A DNA stretch of 64,000 bases from Oscillospiraceae bacterium (GTDB taxonomy: Bacteria; Bacillota; Clostridia; Oscillospirales; Acutalibacteraceae). The stretch lies in the NCBI GenBank assembly GCA_031271865.1, contig JAISUW010000044.1, positions 589 to 64,588 of the forward strand. The letters run 5' to 3'. The notes beneath the pieces were generated by a model that did not search any database, had not been told where the DNA came from, and saw nothing but the letters and a program-made list of their open reading frames with translations. The position numbers were made by a program, and so were the translations under genes. This document shows positions 18,716 to 27,927 of the stretch, piece after piece. Position 1 is the first letter of the stretch. The number at the start of each line of letters is the position of its first letter.

Positions 18716-19693
18716 TTGGCAGAGAATCATAAACCAAGCATACTGGAGCGGATGTTTGATGTACGAACCGAAGAACTGGCAGCCAGAGGTACAATCCGCG
18801 ATGCGCCCTTTGTACCCGAATGGATGAATTTGGAGCCGCACATTCCCGAACCTGTATTTGATTGGATTGAACGACGGTACGCGGATGTACCTTATGGCGC
18901 CGACCCGAAGCAGAAACTGGATATATACCTTCCGAACCGTTCTCCTTACCCGGCGGAAAAACTGCCTCTGCTTGTGTTGGTGCACGGCGGCGGGTTTTCC
19001 CATATGGACAAGGCGGATTGGCATGTCTATCCCGGCTTCTTTGCTCTCCGGGAGGGCTTTGGGCTTGCCTCTGTCAACTACCGCTTGGCACCGAAACACA
19101 AGTACCCCGCCGCTGTAGAGGACACCAAAGCCGCCTTGCGTTTCCTTGCTTTCCATGCAGCAGAATATGGCTTTGACACACAGAATGTGTTCTTGGTTGG
19201 CACCTCGGCAGGGGGGAATCTGGTATCCCTTGCGGCTCTGCAGCCGGAGGCCGCAAGCTATGGGTTGACTATCCAAGGGGTCGCCGCACTTTGTCCGGGG
19301 GCAAGTCTGACGGATATGTACGAACGCATGAAATCCGTCCGCAATCCGCTGGTGAAGCTGCTTATTCATCACACGGTGAAGCAGTACTTAGGCGTCACAC
19401 CGAAGAAAGACCCGCGACCCATGCACGAAGGATCTGCGGAGTTCTGGATTGCGGATGCTGCCGAAAGCGGCCGCCGTGTGCCGCCGTTTTTTATCCAGCA
19501 GGGGACGGCTGACCCGCTGGTCTTGGAGGAACACAGCCGCAAGTTCTATGAGCGCCTGCAAGCAGTCTTGCCTGCGAACGACTTGGTCTATGATGTCTTG
19601 CAGGGCGCGGGGCACGCCGGCGGCGGACCGGATTACTTTGAGGAGCGCAACATCATGGCTTTCGTAAACTTCTTTAAGGAGCATATGAAATGA
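18716..19693 (+). CDS. alpha/beta hydrolase fold-3 esterase/lipase
   Basis: The HGGGF oxyanion motif, the GTSAGG nucleophile elbow and a C-terminal His region. The TTG start at 18716 is uncertain; an ATG lies at 18752. Confidence 0.8.
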   Translation: MAENHKPSILERMFDVRTEELAARGTIRDAPFVPEWMNLEPHIPEPVFDWIERRYADVPYGADPKQKLDIYLPNRSPYPAEKLPLLVLVHGGGFSHMDKADWHVYPGFFALREGFGLASVNYRLAPKHKYPAAVEDTKAALRFLAFHAAEYGFDTQNVFLVGTSAGGNLVSLAALQPEAASYGLTIQGVAALCPGASLTDMYERMKSVRNPLVKLLIHHTVKQYLGVTPKKDPRPMHEGSAEFWIADAAESGRRVPPFFIQQGTADPLVLEEHSRKFYERLQAVLPANDLVYDVLQGAGHAGGGPDYFEERNIMAFVNFFKEHMK

Positions 19694-20496
19694 AAGACAT
19701 CCGTTTCATAACCCGTGCCGATGACGGCGGTTCCTCCCGCAGTGCGAACATTGCCATGCAGCGCATCGCGGAGAACGGCATAATCAAGAACTTCTCTATC
19801 ATGGCACCGGGTGCGTTCTGCGAAGATTTATATGGACGCATGGGGGCGCGGACGGATGTCTGCTTTGGCTTGCACCACACGCTCAACGCCGAGTGGGACA
19901 GGGTGAAGTGGGGACCTGTATCGGGCATTCCGGCTGATTCCCCCTTGACGGATGCACATGGTTTCTTCCGCGCCGACCCGAGGGACTTCGCCGGCACAAA
20001 ACCCGACCCCGCCTTGATAGTCAAGGAAGCCTCTGCACAACTGGACAAACTCACACGCATTGGCTTTGACATCAAGTACATGGACAGCCATATGTTTCCG
20101 GAGTGCTTCATTCCCGGCATGGACGAGGCCTTGCAGGAATTCATGCAAGCCAAGGGCCTTATCGACCATATGTACTTCTACAATCTGCCGCCGGGCTTTC
20201 TTGAAGTTGCTCGCGGCGAGGGCTCCGTTATACAAACGCTCCTGCACTTGCCGGAGGGGCAGTTCTTCACCGTCGCGCACCCGGCGCAGGCGTCTGCGGA
20301 GATGCTTTTAACCGGGAATGCCGCAGTTTCAGGGGAAAAGGTTTGCCGCGGGCGCAATCTCGAGGCAAAGCTTTACGCATCCCGCATTACCAAAGCACTT
20401 CTGCAACGCTTGGGTATCACTGCCTTGCGCTATGACGAAGCCGTGCCCGGCGAGAGAGCGAGAGTCTCCGACTTGTTGGTATTCTTTAAGGAGTGA
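19690..20496 (+). CDS. ChbG/HpnK (YdjC-like) carbohydrate deacetylase family
   Basis: The N-terminal ITRADDGGSS motif and the size fit YdjC-like proteins. The start overlaps the upstream stop as ATGA. Confidence 0.6.
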   Translation: MKDIRFITRADDGGSSRSANIAMQRIAENGIIKNFSIMAPGAFCEDLYGRMGARTDVCFGLHHTLNAEWDRVKWGPVSGIPADSPLTDAHGFFRADPRDFAGTKPDPALIVKEASAQLDKLTRIGFDIKYMDSHMFPECFIPGMDEALQEFMQAKGLIDHMYFYNLPPGFLEVARGEGSVIQTLLHLPEGQFFTVAHPAQASAEMLLTGNAAVSGEKVCRGRNLEAKLYASRITKALLQRLGITALRYDEAVPGERARVSDLLVFFKE

Positions 20497-20500
20497 TACT

Positions 20501-21313
20501 ATGCCAATGCTAAACTACAAAACGAAGTCTATCGCACCCGGCACTTGGGCGATTGAAGAGAAAAGCCCGGTGAGCCAAGGTTTGTGCTACCTTCTTTGCG
20601 GGACGGCGCAGGCGCTTCTGATAGACACGGGTTTCGGGTTCCCGGGGTTGAAATCCGCAGTGGAAAGCCTGACTGACCTACCGGTTACGGTCGTGAATAC
20701 GCACGGCCATGTGGATCATATCGGCGGCAACCACTTTTTCAGTAACATTTGGCTCCATGCGGATGACCGTGAAACCTTTGCCATGCACAGCAATATGGCT
20801 TACACCTCAAGTCTGATGCCCGGGCTTGCTTTTGTGCTCAAAACGCCGCTGCGACGGTTCCTAACCCAAGTTTTGACTGTGCCGCCCGGCGGCGAATATC
20901 ATTACTTTACTGATGGCCAAACATTTGATTTGGGCGGGCGCACTGTTGTGTGTATCCACACTCCAGGACATACCCCGGGTTCCTGCGTCTTTTTGGACAA
21001 GAAGCAGCGGCTGCTCTTCAGCGGCGATACGGTGTGCGCTTGGGGGGTACTCTTGGAGTTTCGGGAGTGCTGCCCGCCGGAAGTGTTCCTGGAAAGTATG
21101 GAGCGTCTGCTTGCCATACAGGAGAGCTTCGGCACCATTTGGCCCGGACACCATGCTTTCCCCATAGACAAGGGCTACCTCGCGGAGTACCGGGAGGGCG
21201 CACAAGAAATCGTAAACGGCACGGCGCAATTCATTCGCAAGGGGAAGCGCATCTTCGCCAAGCACGGCCGCATCTTGATTGCCCTGCCGCCGGACTATCC
21301 CAAAGGAGCATAA
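20501..21313 (+). CDS. MBL-fold metallo-hydrolase
   Basis: The HGHVDHIGG (HxHxDH) motif and a later HTPGHTPG. The ATG at 20501 lies 5 nt after the upstream stop. Confidence 0.85.
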   Translation: MPMLNYKTKSIAPGTWAIEEKSPVSQGLCYLLCGTAQALLIDTGFGFPGLKSAVESLTDLPVTVVNTHGHVDHIGGNHFFSNIWLHADDRETFAMHSNMAYTSSLMPGLAFVLKTPLRRFLTQVLTVPPGGEYHYFTDGQTFDLGGRTVVCIHTPGHTPGSCVFLDKKQRLLFSGDTVCAWGVLLEFRECCPPEVFLESMERLLAIQESFGTIWPGHHAFPIDKGYLAEYREGAQEIVNGTAQFIRKGKRIFAKHGRILIALPPDYPKGA

Positions 21314-21317
21314 CAGA

Positions 21318-22649
21318 ATGAACAGCACACAAACACAAAAACTGGGCGGGCGCATCTGGGCAAACATACTGCTCTTCGGTCTTATCGGGCAGGTGGCTTG
21401 GATGGTAGAGAATATGTATTTCAATGTGTTCCTCTATAAGACCGTCACCTATGACCCAAATGCCGCCGCCGTTATGGTCGCGGCCAGTGCCGTAGCGGCT
21501 ACGGTTACCACGCTCCTTATGGGCGGCTTGTCGGATAAACTGGGGAAGCGCAAGCTGTTTCTCTCCGGGGGGTATATCTTCTGGGGGTTCAGTATCCTTG
21601 CCTTTGCCTTTCTCACAAAAGAGAACGCGGCGCGGTGGTTCCCTGCCGCCAACGCCGCCATGCTCACGACTGTGTTCGTGGTTATCATGGACTGCGTGAT
21701 GACATTCTTCGGCTCCACAGCCAACGATGCCGCTTTCAACGCCTGGGAGACCGATGTTACAACGGAAGAGAACCGAGGACGTGCGGAGGGTGTGCTGTCA
21801 GCGATGCCGCTGATAGCCATGCTGGTTGTGTTCGGTGCCCTGGACGGCTTGACACAGGCGGGGAATTGGAAGGCATTCTTCCTGCTGGTGGGCGGCATTG
21901 TTTCATTGTGTGGGGTGCTGGGACTGTTCCTCGTCAAAGATGCACCGGGCTTGCAACCCAATCCTGCGCCGTATGTGCCGAATTTGGTCTACGGCTTCCG
22001 CCCGGCAGTTGTCAAAGACAACGGCAAGCTCTATTGTGTTTTCCTTGCCCTTGCCGTGAGCGGCATTGCCTCACAGGTATTCATGCCTTACTTGATGGTA
22101 TATCTGGAGTTCGGTTTAGGGATAAAGGACTATGTCATCCCGCTGGCATTGGTTCTCGTATTGGCGGCTGCGTTCAGCGTACTGGGCGGCCGCTTGGCGG
22201 ACAAGTACGGTAAACGAAAGTTTCTCCTCCCTGCGGGAATTGTATTTGCTATAGGGATGTTCCTGATGTACCTGCAAGGGCGGTTCCATACACAAACGCC
22301 GCAGCGCTTACAGCTTTTGCTTCTGGTGGTTTGCGGCTGCATTCTTATGGGCGGGAGTCTGCTGCTGGCGACAGTCTTGGGCGCCTCGGCGCGGGATGCG
22401 CTGCCGTCGGACAAGCGGGGGCATTTCTTAGGCGTGAAGATGGTGTTTACCGTCATGTTGCCCATGCTCATCGGACCGTTTATTGGTTCGCTCTCCATCC
22501 GCGGCGCCGCTACCCAACTCGATGCTTACGGAGAAGTGCAGTACATCCCCCATGCCGGGATGTTCCTTTGGGGCGGCTTTGTGGCTCTGCTGCTTCTGCC
22601 GCTGCTGGTTGTTATCCAACGCGCTGAAAAAAGACAAGAACAGGAATAG
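21318..22649 (+). CDS. MFS transporter
   Basis: A 12-TM profile and the loop motif GGLSDKLGKRK. An AAAGGAG RBS is present. Confidence 0.8.
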   Translation: MNSTQTQKLGGRIWANILLFGLIGQVAWMVENMYFNVFLYKTVTYDPNAAAVMVAASAVAATVTTLLMGGLSDKLGKRKLFLSGGYIFWGFSILAFAFLTKENAARWFPAANAAMLTTVFVVIMDCVMTFFGSTANDAAFNAWETDVTTEENRGRAEGVLSAMPLIAMLVVFGALDGLTQAGNWKAFFLLVGGIVSLCGVLGLFLVKDAPGLQPNPAPYVPNLVYGFRPAVVKDNGKLYCVFLALAVSGIASQVFMPYLMVYLEFGLGIKDYVIPLALVLVLAAAFSVLGGRLADKYGKRKFLLPAGIVFAIGMFLMYLQGRFHTQTPQRLQLLLLVVCGCILMGGSLLLATVLGASARDALPSDKRGHFLGVKMVFTVMLPMLIGPFIGSLSIRGAATQLDAYGEVQYIPHAGMFLWGGFVALLLLPLLVVIQRAEKRQEQE

Positions 22650-22661
22650 GGAGGACTTATT

Positions 22662-24032
22662 ATGGAAACCCAACTCATGCGAACCGATTCCAAAGAACGG
22701 TGGGGATTTGCTCTGTTCATGTCGGGGCAGGGGATTGTAAACACGTTCGTCGGCAGTTACTATCAGATGTACCTGACGGACATCGGTGTGACAGCTGCAC
22801 AGGTCGGTATGCTGTTCTTGATTGCCCGCGTGTGGGATGCCGTCAACGACCCCATTTTCGGTGCCATCCTCGACAAGGGCAAGCTGAAAAAGGGGAAGTT
22901 TCTTCCCTATCTACGCGCATCAAACATCATCCTGCCGCTGGCGGTGCTGGTGCTTTTTACCGTTCCCGGCGCATTGCCCGGCTGGGTGAAACTGCTGTGG
23001 TCTTTCGCGGCATATCTACTGTATGATGTAGCCTATACCATGTGCGATGTGCCGATATTTGCCATGACCTCCGCTGTCACCGACCAAGTGCATGAGCGTA
23101 TCGGCATCATGAGCCGGAATACGGTTCTTGCGGCTGTTTCCACCGTGCTGGTGATGGTTGCTGCGCCGCAGGCTTATGAACACATCGGTGCAACGCTGAC
23201 AGCGGTTATCTGCGCAGCCCTCTGCGGCTCCATGATGCTCATGATGAGCCGCCACGCCAAGGAACGTTTTGTAAACAAGGACGAGGAGCAAGTCACGGTC
23301 AAGGCCATGCTCCGCTATGTTAAGGACAATAAGTATCTGCGCATTGGTTTTCTCGGGATTATGACGCTGTCTATTACCAGCATGACAAACACTGTCACGA
23401 CCTACTTCGCCGTGAATTGTTTGGGAGATTTGGGTTTGGTGAGCATCCTCTCTGCCGTCCTTGCTGCACCTGCACTGGTCATCGGCATACTCATGCCGAC
23501 TCTAACCAAACGCTTCGACAAATTCCACCTGCTGATGGTCGGCATCGTCGGGCAGATTGTGTTGGGTTTGGTTTGCTATGCGGTCGGGTATGAGAACTTG
23601 CCTCTATTCACAGCCATCATGGCATTCCGCAGCATCTTCTATGGCTTACAGATTATCCTGCAACTGCAGTTTACGGGCGACTTCGTGGAATACGGTGAGT
23701 TTATGACCGGAAAGCGTTTGCAGGGTACTGCTTACTCTATTCAGACATTTGTATTCAAGTTCATGAATGCTGTTCCCGCCGCTGCAGCGATGTTTATCCT
23801 CTCGCTGTTCGGTTTCATCGAGGGGGAGGGTGCCGTACAGCCGCCGCAAGCTGTGAGTGCCATTTGGGTACTGTTTATCCTCTCTCCCATGGTAGGGGGT
23901 CTTGCCTCCCTGCCTATCTTCGCCAAATACAAGCTCCGCGATAAGACTGTGCAGGTCATGGCTGCCGCAAATGCGGGAACCATCAGCCGCGAGGAGGCAG
24001 AGTCTGTATTAGGGGAATCTAATAAAATTTAG
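22662..24032 (+). CDS. glycoside-pentoside-hexuronide (GPH):cation symporter family
   Basis: The GPH signature LIARVWDAVNDPIFGAILDK and a 12-TM profile. Confidence 0.85.
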   Translation: METQLMRTDSKERWGFALFMSGQGIVNTFVGSYYQMYLTDIGVTAAQVGMLFLIARVWDAVNDPIFGAILDKGKLKKGKFLPYLRASNIILPLAVLVLFTVPGALPGWVKLLWSFAAYLLYDVAYTMCDVPIFAMTSAVTDQVHERIGIMSRNTVLAAVSTVLVMVAAPQAYEHIGATLTAVICAALCGSMMLMMSRHAKERFVNKDEEQVTVKAMLRYVKDNKYLRIGFLGIMTLSITSMTNTVTTYFAVNCLGDLGLVSILSAVLAAPALVIGILMPTLTKRFDKFHLLMVGIVGQIVLGLVCYAVGYENLPLFTAIMAFRSIFYGLQIILQLQFTGDFVEYGEFMTGKRLQGTAYSIQTFVFKFMNAVPAAAAMFILSLFGFIEGEGAVQPPQAVSAIWVLFILSPMVGGLASLPIFAKYKLRDKTVQVMAAANAGTISREEAESVLGESNKI

Positions 24033-24063
24033 AGCCGTTTTTGACCGGGTTATACTGTTGTAC

Positions 24064-24092
24064 TTGCAAATGAACGAGGATAGGTGTATAAT
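24064..24092 (+). promoter_or_regulatory. sigma-A promoter for brnT/brnA
   Basis: TTGCAA (24064-24069), a 17-nt spacer, then TATAAT (24087-24092). Confidence 0.6.
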
Positions 24093-24115
24093 AGTATTGG
24101 AAATGAGGTTTTTCT

Positions 24116-24391
24116 ATGATTTTTGAGTGGGATGAAAGAAAAAATCGCAGGAATATCGTAAAGCATGGAATTACGTTCGAGGAAGCTACAACAGTTTTCA
24201 AAGACGAGAATGCCTTTATTGTATACGATGAGGATAACGCAGACTATGAAGAACGCTTTAACATTATAGGCTTGTCACAGCTCACTCGAATGCTTATTGT
24301 TTGCCACTGTTACCGTGAAGAGGATACAATCATCCGAATTATTTCCGCGCGCAAAGCGGAACCACATGAGGTTGCTGAATATGGGAGGTAA
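24116..24391 (+). CDS. brnT: BrnT family toxin (DUF497)
   Basis: FEWDERKNRRNIVKHGITFEEATTVF ... RIISARKA is the BrnT pattern. Confidence 0.85.
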   Translation: MIFEWDERKNRRNIVKHGITFEEATTVFKDENAFIVYDEDNADYEERFNIIGLSQLTRMLIVCHCYREEDTIIRIISARKAEPHEVAEYGR

Positions 24392-24395
24392 CACA

Positions 24396-24575
24396 ATGCG
24401 CAACAAAGAAATCATTGAAATCGAAGACTTCACTCTCAACGAGGAGAGTTTTCGTAAGCTTACAACTGCACTGAAAGAGGGCAAAATTGTCCGCAACCCT
24501 TTTGCCAGGTTACTTGCTGATGAGAATGCCCAAGTAGAACTGCAAGTTGACCAACCACAGGAGCAAAGTGCGTGA
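24396..24575 (+). CDS. putative BrnA-like antitoxin
   Basis: A 59-aa ORF immediately after brnT, with a GGGAGG RBS 7 nt upstream of the ATG at 24396. The family call rests mainly on position. Confidence 0.45.
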   Translation: MRNKEIIEIEDFTLNEESFRKLTTALKEGKIVRNPFARLLADENAQVELQVDQPQEQSA

Positions 24576-24603
24576 ATAGTATCTAAATAAGAGGATTCGA
24601 TTT

Positions 24604-25467
24604 ATGCTGTTATCTACCCAAACGGAAGGTCTCCAGCGATTGTTTGGTATGGAGGAAGCCGTCCGGATTATTTGCGAAACCGGTTTCGATGCCATCGACC
24701 TCTCTATGTTTATGGGGTCAGATGACAAGCGCTTCTTGGAGGACGGCTACAAAGACTTGGCTCTGCAACTCAAAGAGATAGCTGCAGGGTATGGCGTCGT
24801 CTTCAACCAAGCCCATGCGCCCTTTGCCTCCCAGAAAGAGGGGGATGAGGCATTCAACGCCATGCAGTTTGACCGCATTGTGCGCAGTATGGAGTGTGCT
24901 GCGTTGGTCGGTGCGGAAAGCATCATTGTTCATCCCATACACACCCAAAGCGGCGAGACGGATTGGGAGTGGAACCTCGAATTTTATAACCGCCTGCTTC
25001 CCTACGCGAAGCAGTTCGGCATCAAAATAGCGCTGGAGAATATCTGGGACCGCAACCCCATTACGGACAGAATCAAACCGCTGGAGGTGTGCGGTACGGC
25101 GGAGGGAATGGCAGCGTTCTATGATGAACTGGATCCGGAATGGTTTGTCTGCTGCTTGGATGTCGGGCACTGCGCAATTGTCGGGAGTGACCCGCCGCAT
25201 TACGTACGCACCTTAGGGCATGACCGCCTGAAAGCCCTCCATGTGCATGACAATGACCTCTACGGCGACCAGCACCAGCTGCCGTTTCTCGGCAAAAACG
25301 ACTGGGAGAGCTTTACGAAAATATTGGCTGAGATCAACTACGACGGCGTGTTTACCTTTGAGGCGGATGATACCTACCGCAAGTTTCCGAAAGAGCTTGC
25401 CCCATCGCTCTGCAGGTTTATGCATGCGGTGGGGCGGTATCTGATTGGTCAAATAGAAAACGCTTAA
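24604..25467 (+). CDS. sugar phosphate isomerase/epimerase (xylose isomerase-like TIM barrel)
   Basis: HAPF, IVHP, ALEN and DVGH metal-ligand style motifs in the typical order. Confidence 0.8.
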   Translation: MLLSTQTEGLQRLFGMEEAVRIICETGFDAIDLSMFMGSDDKRFLEDGYKDLALQLKEIAAGYGVVFNQAHAPFASQKEGDEAFNAMQFDRIVRSMECAALVGAESIIVHPIHTQSGETDWEWNLEFYNRLLPYAKQFGIKIALENIWDRNPITDRIKPLEVCGTAEGMAAFYDELDPEWFVCCLDVGHCAIVGSDPPHYVRTLGHDRLKALHVHDNDLYGDQHQLPFLGKNDWESFTKILAEINYDGVFTFEADDTYRKFPKELAPSLCRFMHAVGRYLIGQIENA

Positions 25468-27245
25468 AACAACCGCATCCAGAGCCGCGAAATCCATTCT
25501 GCAAGCCACTCCACCGCTTTTTGGAAGTCGGTCTGGGCTGCTTTGGGTGTGAAGCGCCCATATTTTTCAAGCAAGTCACTAAGCACTTGGGTTGCGGCAG
25601 CGGCTCTTTCTGCATCGCCGACGGTAAGGGCACGGACAGCTTTGCCTTCGGCAATTGCCGCGAGGAGTTCTTCACGGTCGGCTGCCGTCAGTTCCGGGGG
25701 GTAGTCTGCCAAGAGTGTCTCGGCGGCGGCAATGCGGCTGCGGCGCAAGTCATTGGTGAGCATAAAGTAATTGAATTGCGGATAGTTCTCCGGGTCGGAG
25801 TGTATGTTCTCTATCTTATTTGTGAGAAGGGCTGCGGCGAGATTCAGGACGGCATCATTGCGCCCGACCTCATGCGGTTGGTCGAGGAATACCCATGTGT
25901 TATCGGGGAGAAGTGCCGTGGAGGCATCTATCTTGCCATCGGGGCTGAGGTAGCCTTCCGCTTGGGGTTCATAGTCAGCAGGGAGGGTCTCCCCGGGGGC
26001 GGCACCGGTTGCGCCCATCGTAGCACCAATAAGGTCTATAATGCCATCGGAGTTGAGGCGAGATTGGGCAATCCGGAAGAATGTATACTCCCCCTCCCCA
26101 TAATAGAGATTGGAGCCGGAGATATTGTTGACTTTTACGCCGGCGGCGACAGCTGCCTGTATGTTTGAATATAAGTTCATTTGCGCTTCATGGAAGCGGT
26201 CGGTCATATCGCGGACAGCGGCGTGCTCTTCACCGGAAAGGTATTTGTCCGCAATTTCATCATAGCGATCCCGCGGTATGAGTGCCAAGAACTGCGAGCA
26301 ATTGAGGATTACCGTATCGAGTATGGCTTGCCAAGCTGCAGAAACAGATTTGTACAAAAGCCGCTTCGGAAGAATACGCAGTACCACGTTGAGCGCATAG
26401 CCAATGGTTCTGTCCCACCCGGTTGCGATTTTGATGTCGTGCTCCACAATCTCGGGCAGCCAGACATGACGGGTGAATTCCTCATCTTGGATGGCTTTGT
26501 GGTCAATCAGATCCGCGAACATATTGGAGCCATCTACACAGGAAACAACATTGACTACTTGGTCGAGCTTTGCATGACCGTACTTTTCGATATACCCGGT
26601 GAACACGGTTCCCCCGAGGCTCACGTTGATGAGATTCACTTTGTCGTGTCCGGTTTCGGCACGAACTTTGTCGATAAATGCCTCCAACCCGTCTACATTG
26701 TTCCATATGTCATCCACCAGATTGAAGCTGTAGAAGTAGAGGTGATCTTCCCCAATCTCTTCCATGAGTACATGCGCAGGTACGTTGACATTCAGGTTCA
26801 GGTGGCGTTGCGAATCATTCATTTCAGAGACGCGGGGGATGGGGTCGGTGCGAAGGTCGTTGACGAAGTGCCCGGTGCTGTCCACGCGCTGCGGCTCCAG
26901 CATGGCGCAAAGCAACTTGTATATGTTCGATGAAAGGCAAATATCAAACCGCGTCAGGATGGAAGCAAGCAGGGAGCCGATTACCGGCAGATAATTCTGA
27001 TCACCGTCCGGAAAGATAATCCCGGAGCCTAAGTTGGTACGCTCACCGTTTTCATATAAGTAGGTTACGGACTGATTGATTCCGGGCACGATGATGGTCG
27101 GGCTGTATCTGCACGGATTGTCTTGTGTGCAGCCATTTGGATTCACATAAGCAGCGGAGGCGCGGGTAGGCAGCACAGAAACAGACAGTGCGGCGGCAAG
27201 TACCAAAGCGGCAGTTTTTTTGGCACGGCGGTGTATGCGGGTCAT
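25464..27245 (-). CDS. secreted protein, possible alpha/beta-hydrolase (lipase-like)
   Basis: A signal peptide (KKTAALVLAAALSVSVLPTRASA) and a possible nucleophile-elbow-like NVSLGG. The functional call is weak. Confidence 0.45.
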   Translation of the reverse strand: MTRIHRRAKKTAALVLAAALSVSVLPTRASAAYVNPNGCTQDNPCRYSPTIIVPGINQSVTYLYENGERTNLGSGIIFPDGDQNYLPVIGSLLASILTRFDICLSSNIYKLLCAMLEPQRVDSTGHFVNDLRTDPIPRVSEMNDSQRHLNLNVNVPAHVLMEEIGEDHLYFYSFNLVDDIWNNVDGLEAFIDKVRAETGHDKVNLINVSLGGTVFTGYIEKYGHAKLDQVVNVVSCVDGSNMFADLIDHKAIQDEEFTRHVWLPEIVEHDIKIATGWDRTIGYALNVVLRILPKRLLYKSVSAAWQAILDTVILNCSQFLALIPRDRYDEIADKYLSGEEHAAVRDMTDRFHEAQMNLYSNIQAAVAAGVKVNNISGSNLYYGEGEYTFFRIAQSRLNSDGIIDLIGATMGATGAAPGETLPADYEPQAEGYLSPDGKIDASTALLPDNTWVFLDQPHEVGRNDAVLNLAAALLTNKIENIHSDPENYPQFNYFMLTNDLRRSRIAAAETLLADYPPELTAADREELLAAIAEGKAVRALTVGDAERAAAATQVLSDLLEKYGRFTPKAAQTDFQKAVEWLAEWISRLWMRLF

Positions 27246-27386
27246 ATTCTTTCAACTCCTCAGCAAAATGGCGGGTCTAGGTTGTATGCCTTTCCTTTTT
27301 TACATTATATCACATTCTGTAATGGCTTGCAAGGGGTAATTTGCATTTTGCATTACCCTTTGCAAGGTTCCATTTTATGGCAAGTG

Positions 27387-27415
27387 TTGACAAAACCGGG
27401 AGGGCGTGCTATAAT
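27387..27415 (+). promoter_or_regulatory. sigma-A promoter
   Basis: TTGACA (27387-27392), a 17-nt spacer, then TGcTATAAT (27410-27415). Confidence 0.65.
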
Positions 27416-27449
27416 CAAAGTATAAAAACGGATAAAGGAGGGATTTGTC

Positions 27450-27926
27450 ATGAAACGGACGCACAGAATACCTATGGTGGTTCTTGTCTTACTTCTCTTG
27501 GCGGCCTTCTCCGTATCCGCTGCGGGGATAACCGGCTATGTCTATCGGGCGGGAGATGATTCTGTTACGGGGGAACCTTCCTATTGGTTTTCTACAAGCC
27601 TTTGGATGACGGATGTCTTTGACTTGCGGTGGAATCTGCACTCCAATCCGGTAACATCTTCCAATCCTGCGGTTCTGACACTGGATGGTTATACTACGGG
27701 AGATGGTTCCTACTGTTACAAAATCGCTTTCACAGGTAAGGCGGGCAAAGCCGAGATTTTGGATACCGTCACAGGCGAGACGGTGGAGGCGTTTACCGTC
27801 CACGCGACTGCCGTCGGTTTGTTTATTGATGACCTATTTACGATCATTACATACCCTTTCCTGCTCCTACACGCTGTGATAGAAGCCTGTATTATTCAGC
27901 CGCTGATACTCCTTTTTGCGTCTTAA
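27450..27926 (+). CDS. hypothetical exported/membrane-anchored protein
   Basis: An N-terminal signal peptide, a beta-rich middle and a hydrophobic C-terminus. An AAGGAGG RBS is present. Confidence 0.6.
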   Translation: MKRTHRIPMVVLVLLLLAAFSVSAAGITGYVYRAGDDSVTGEPSYWFSTSLWMTDVFDLRWNLHSNPVTSSNPAVLTLDGYTTGDGSYCYKIAFTGKAGKAEILDTVTGETVEAFTVHATAVGLFIDDLFTIITYPFLLLHAVIEACIIQPLILLFAS

Positions 27927-27927
27927 A

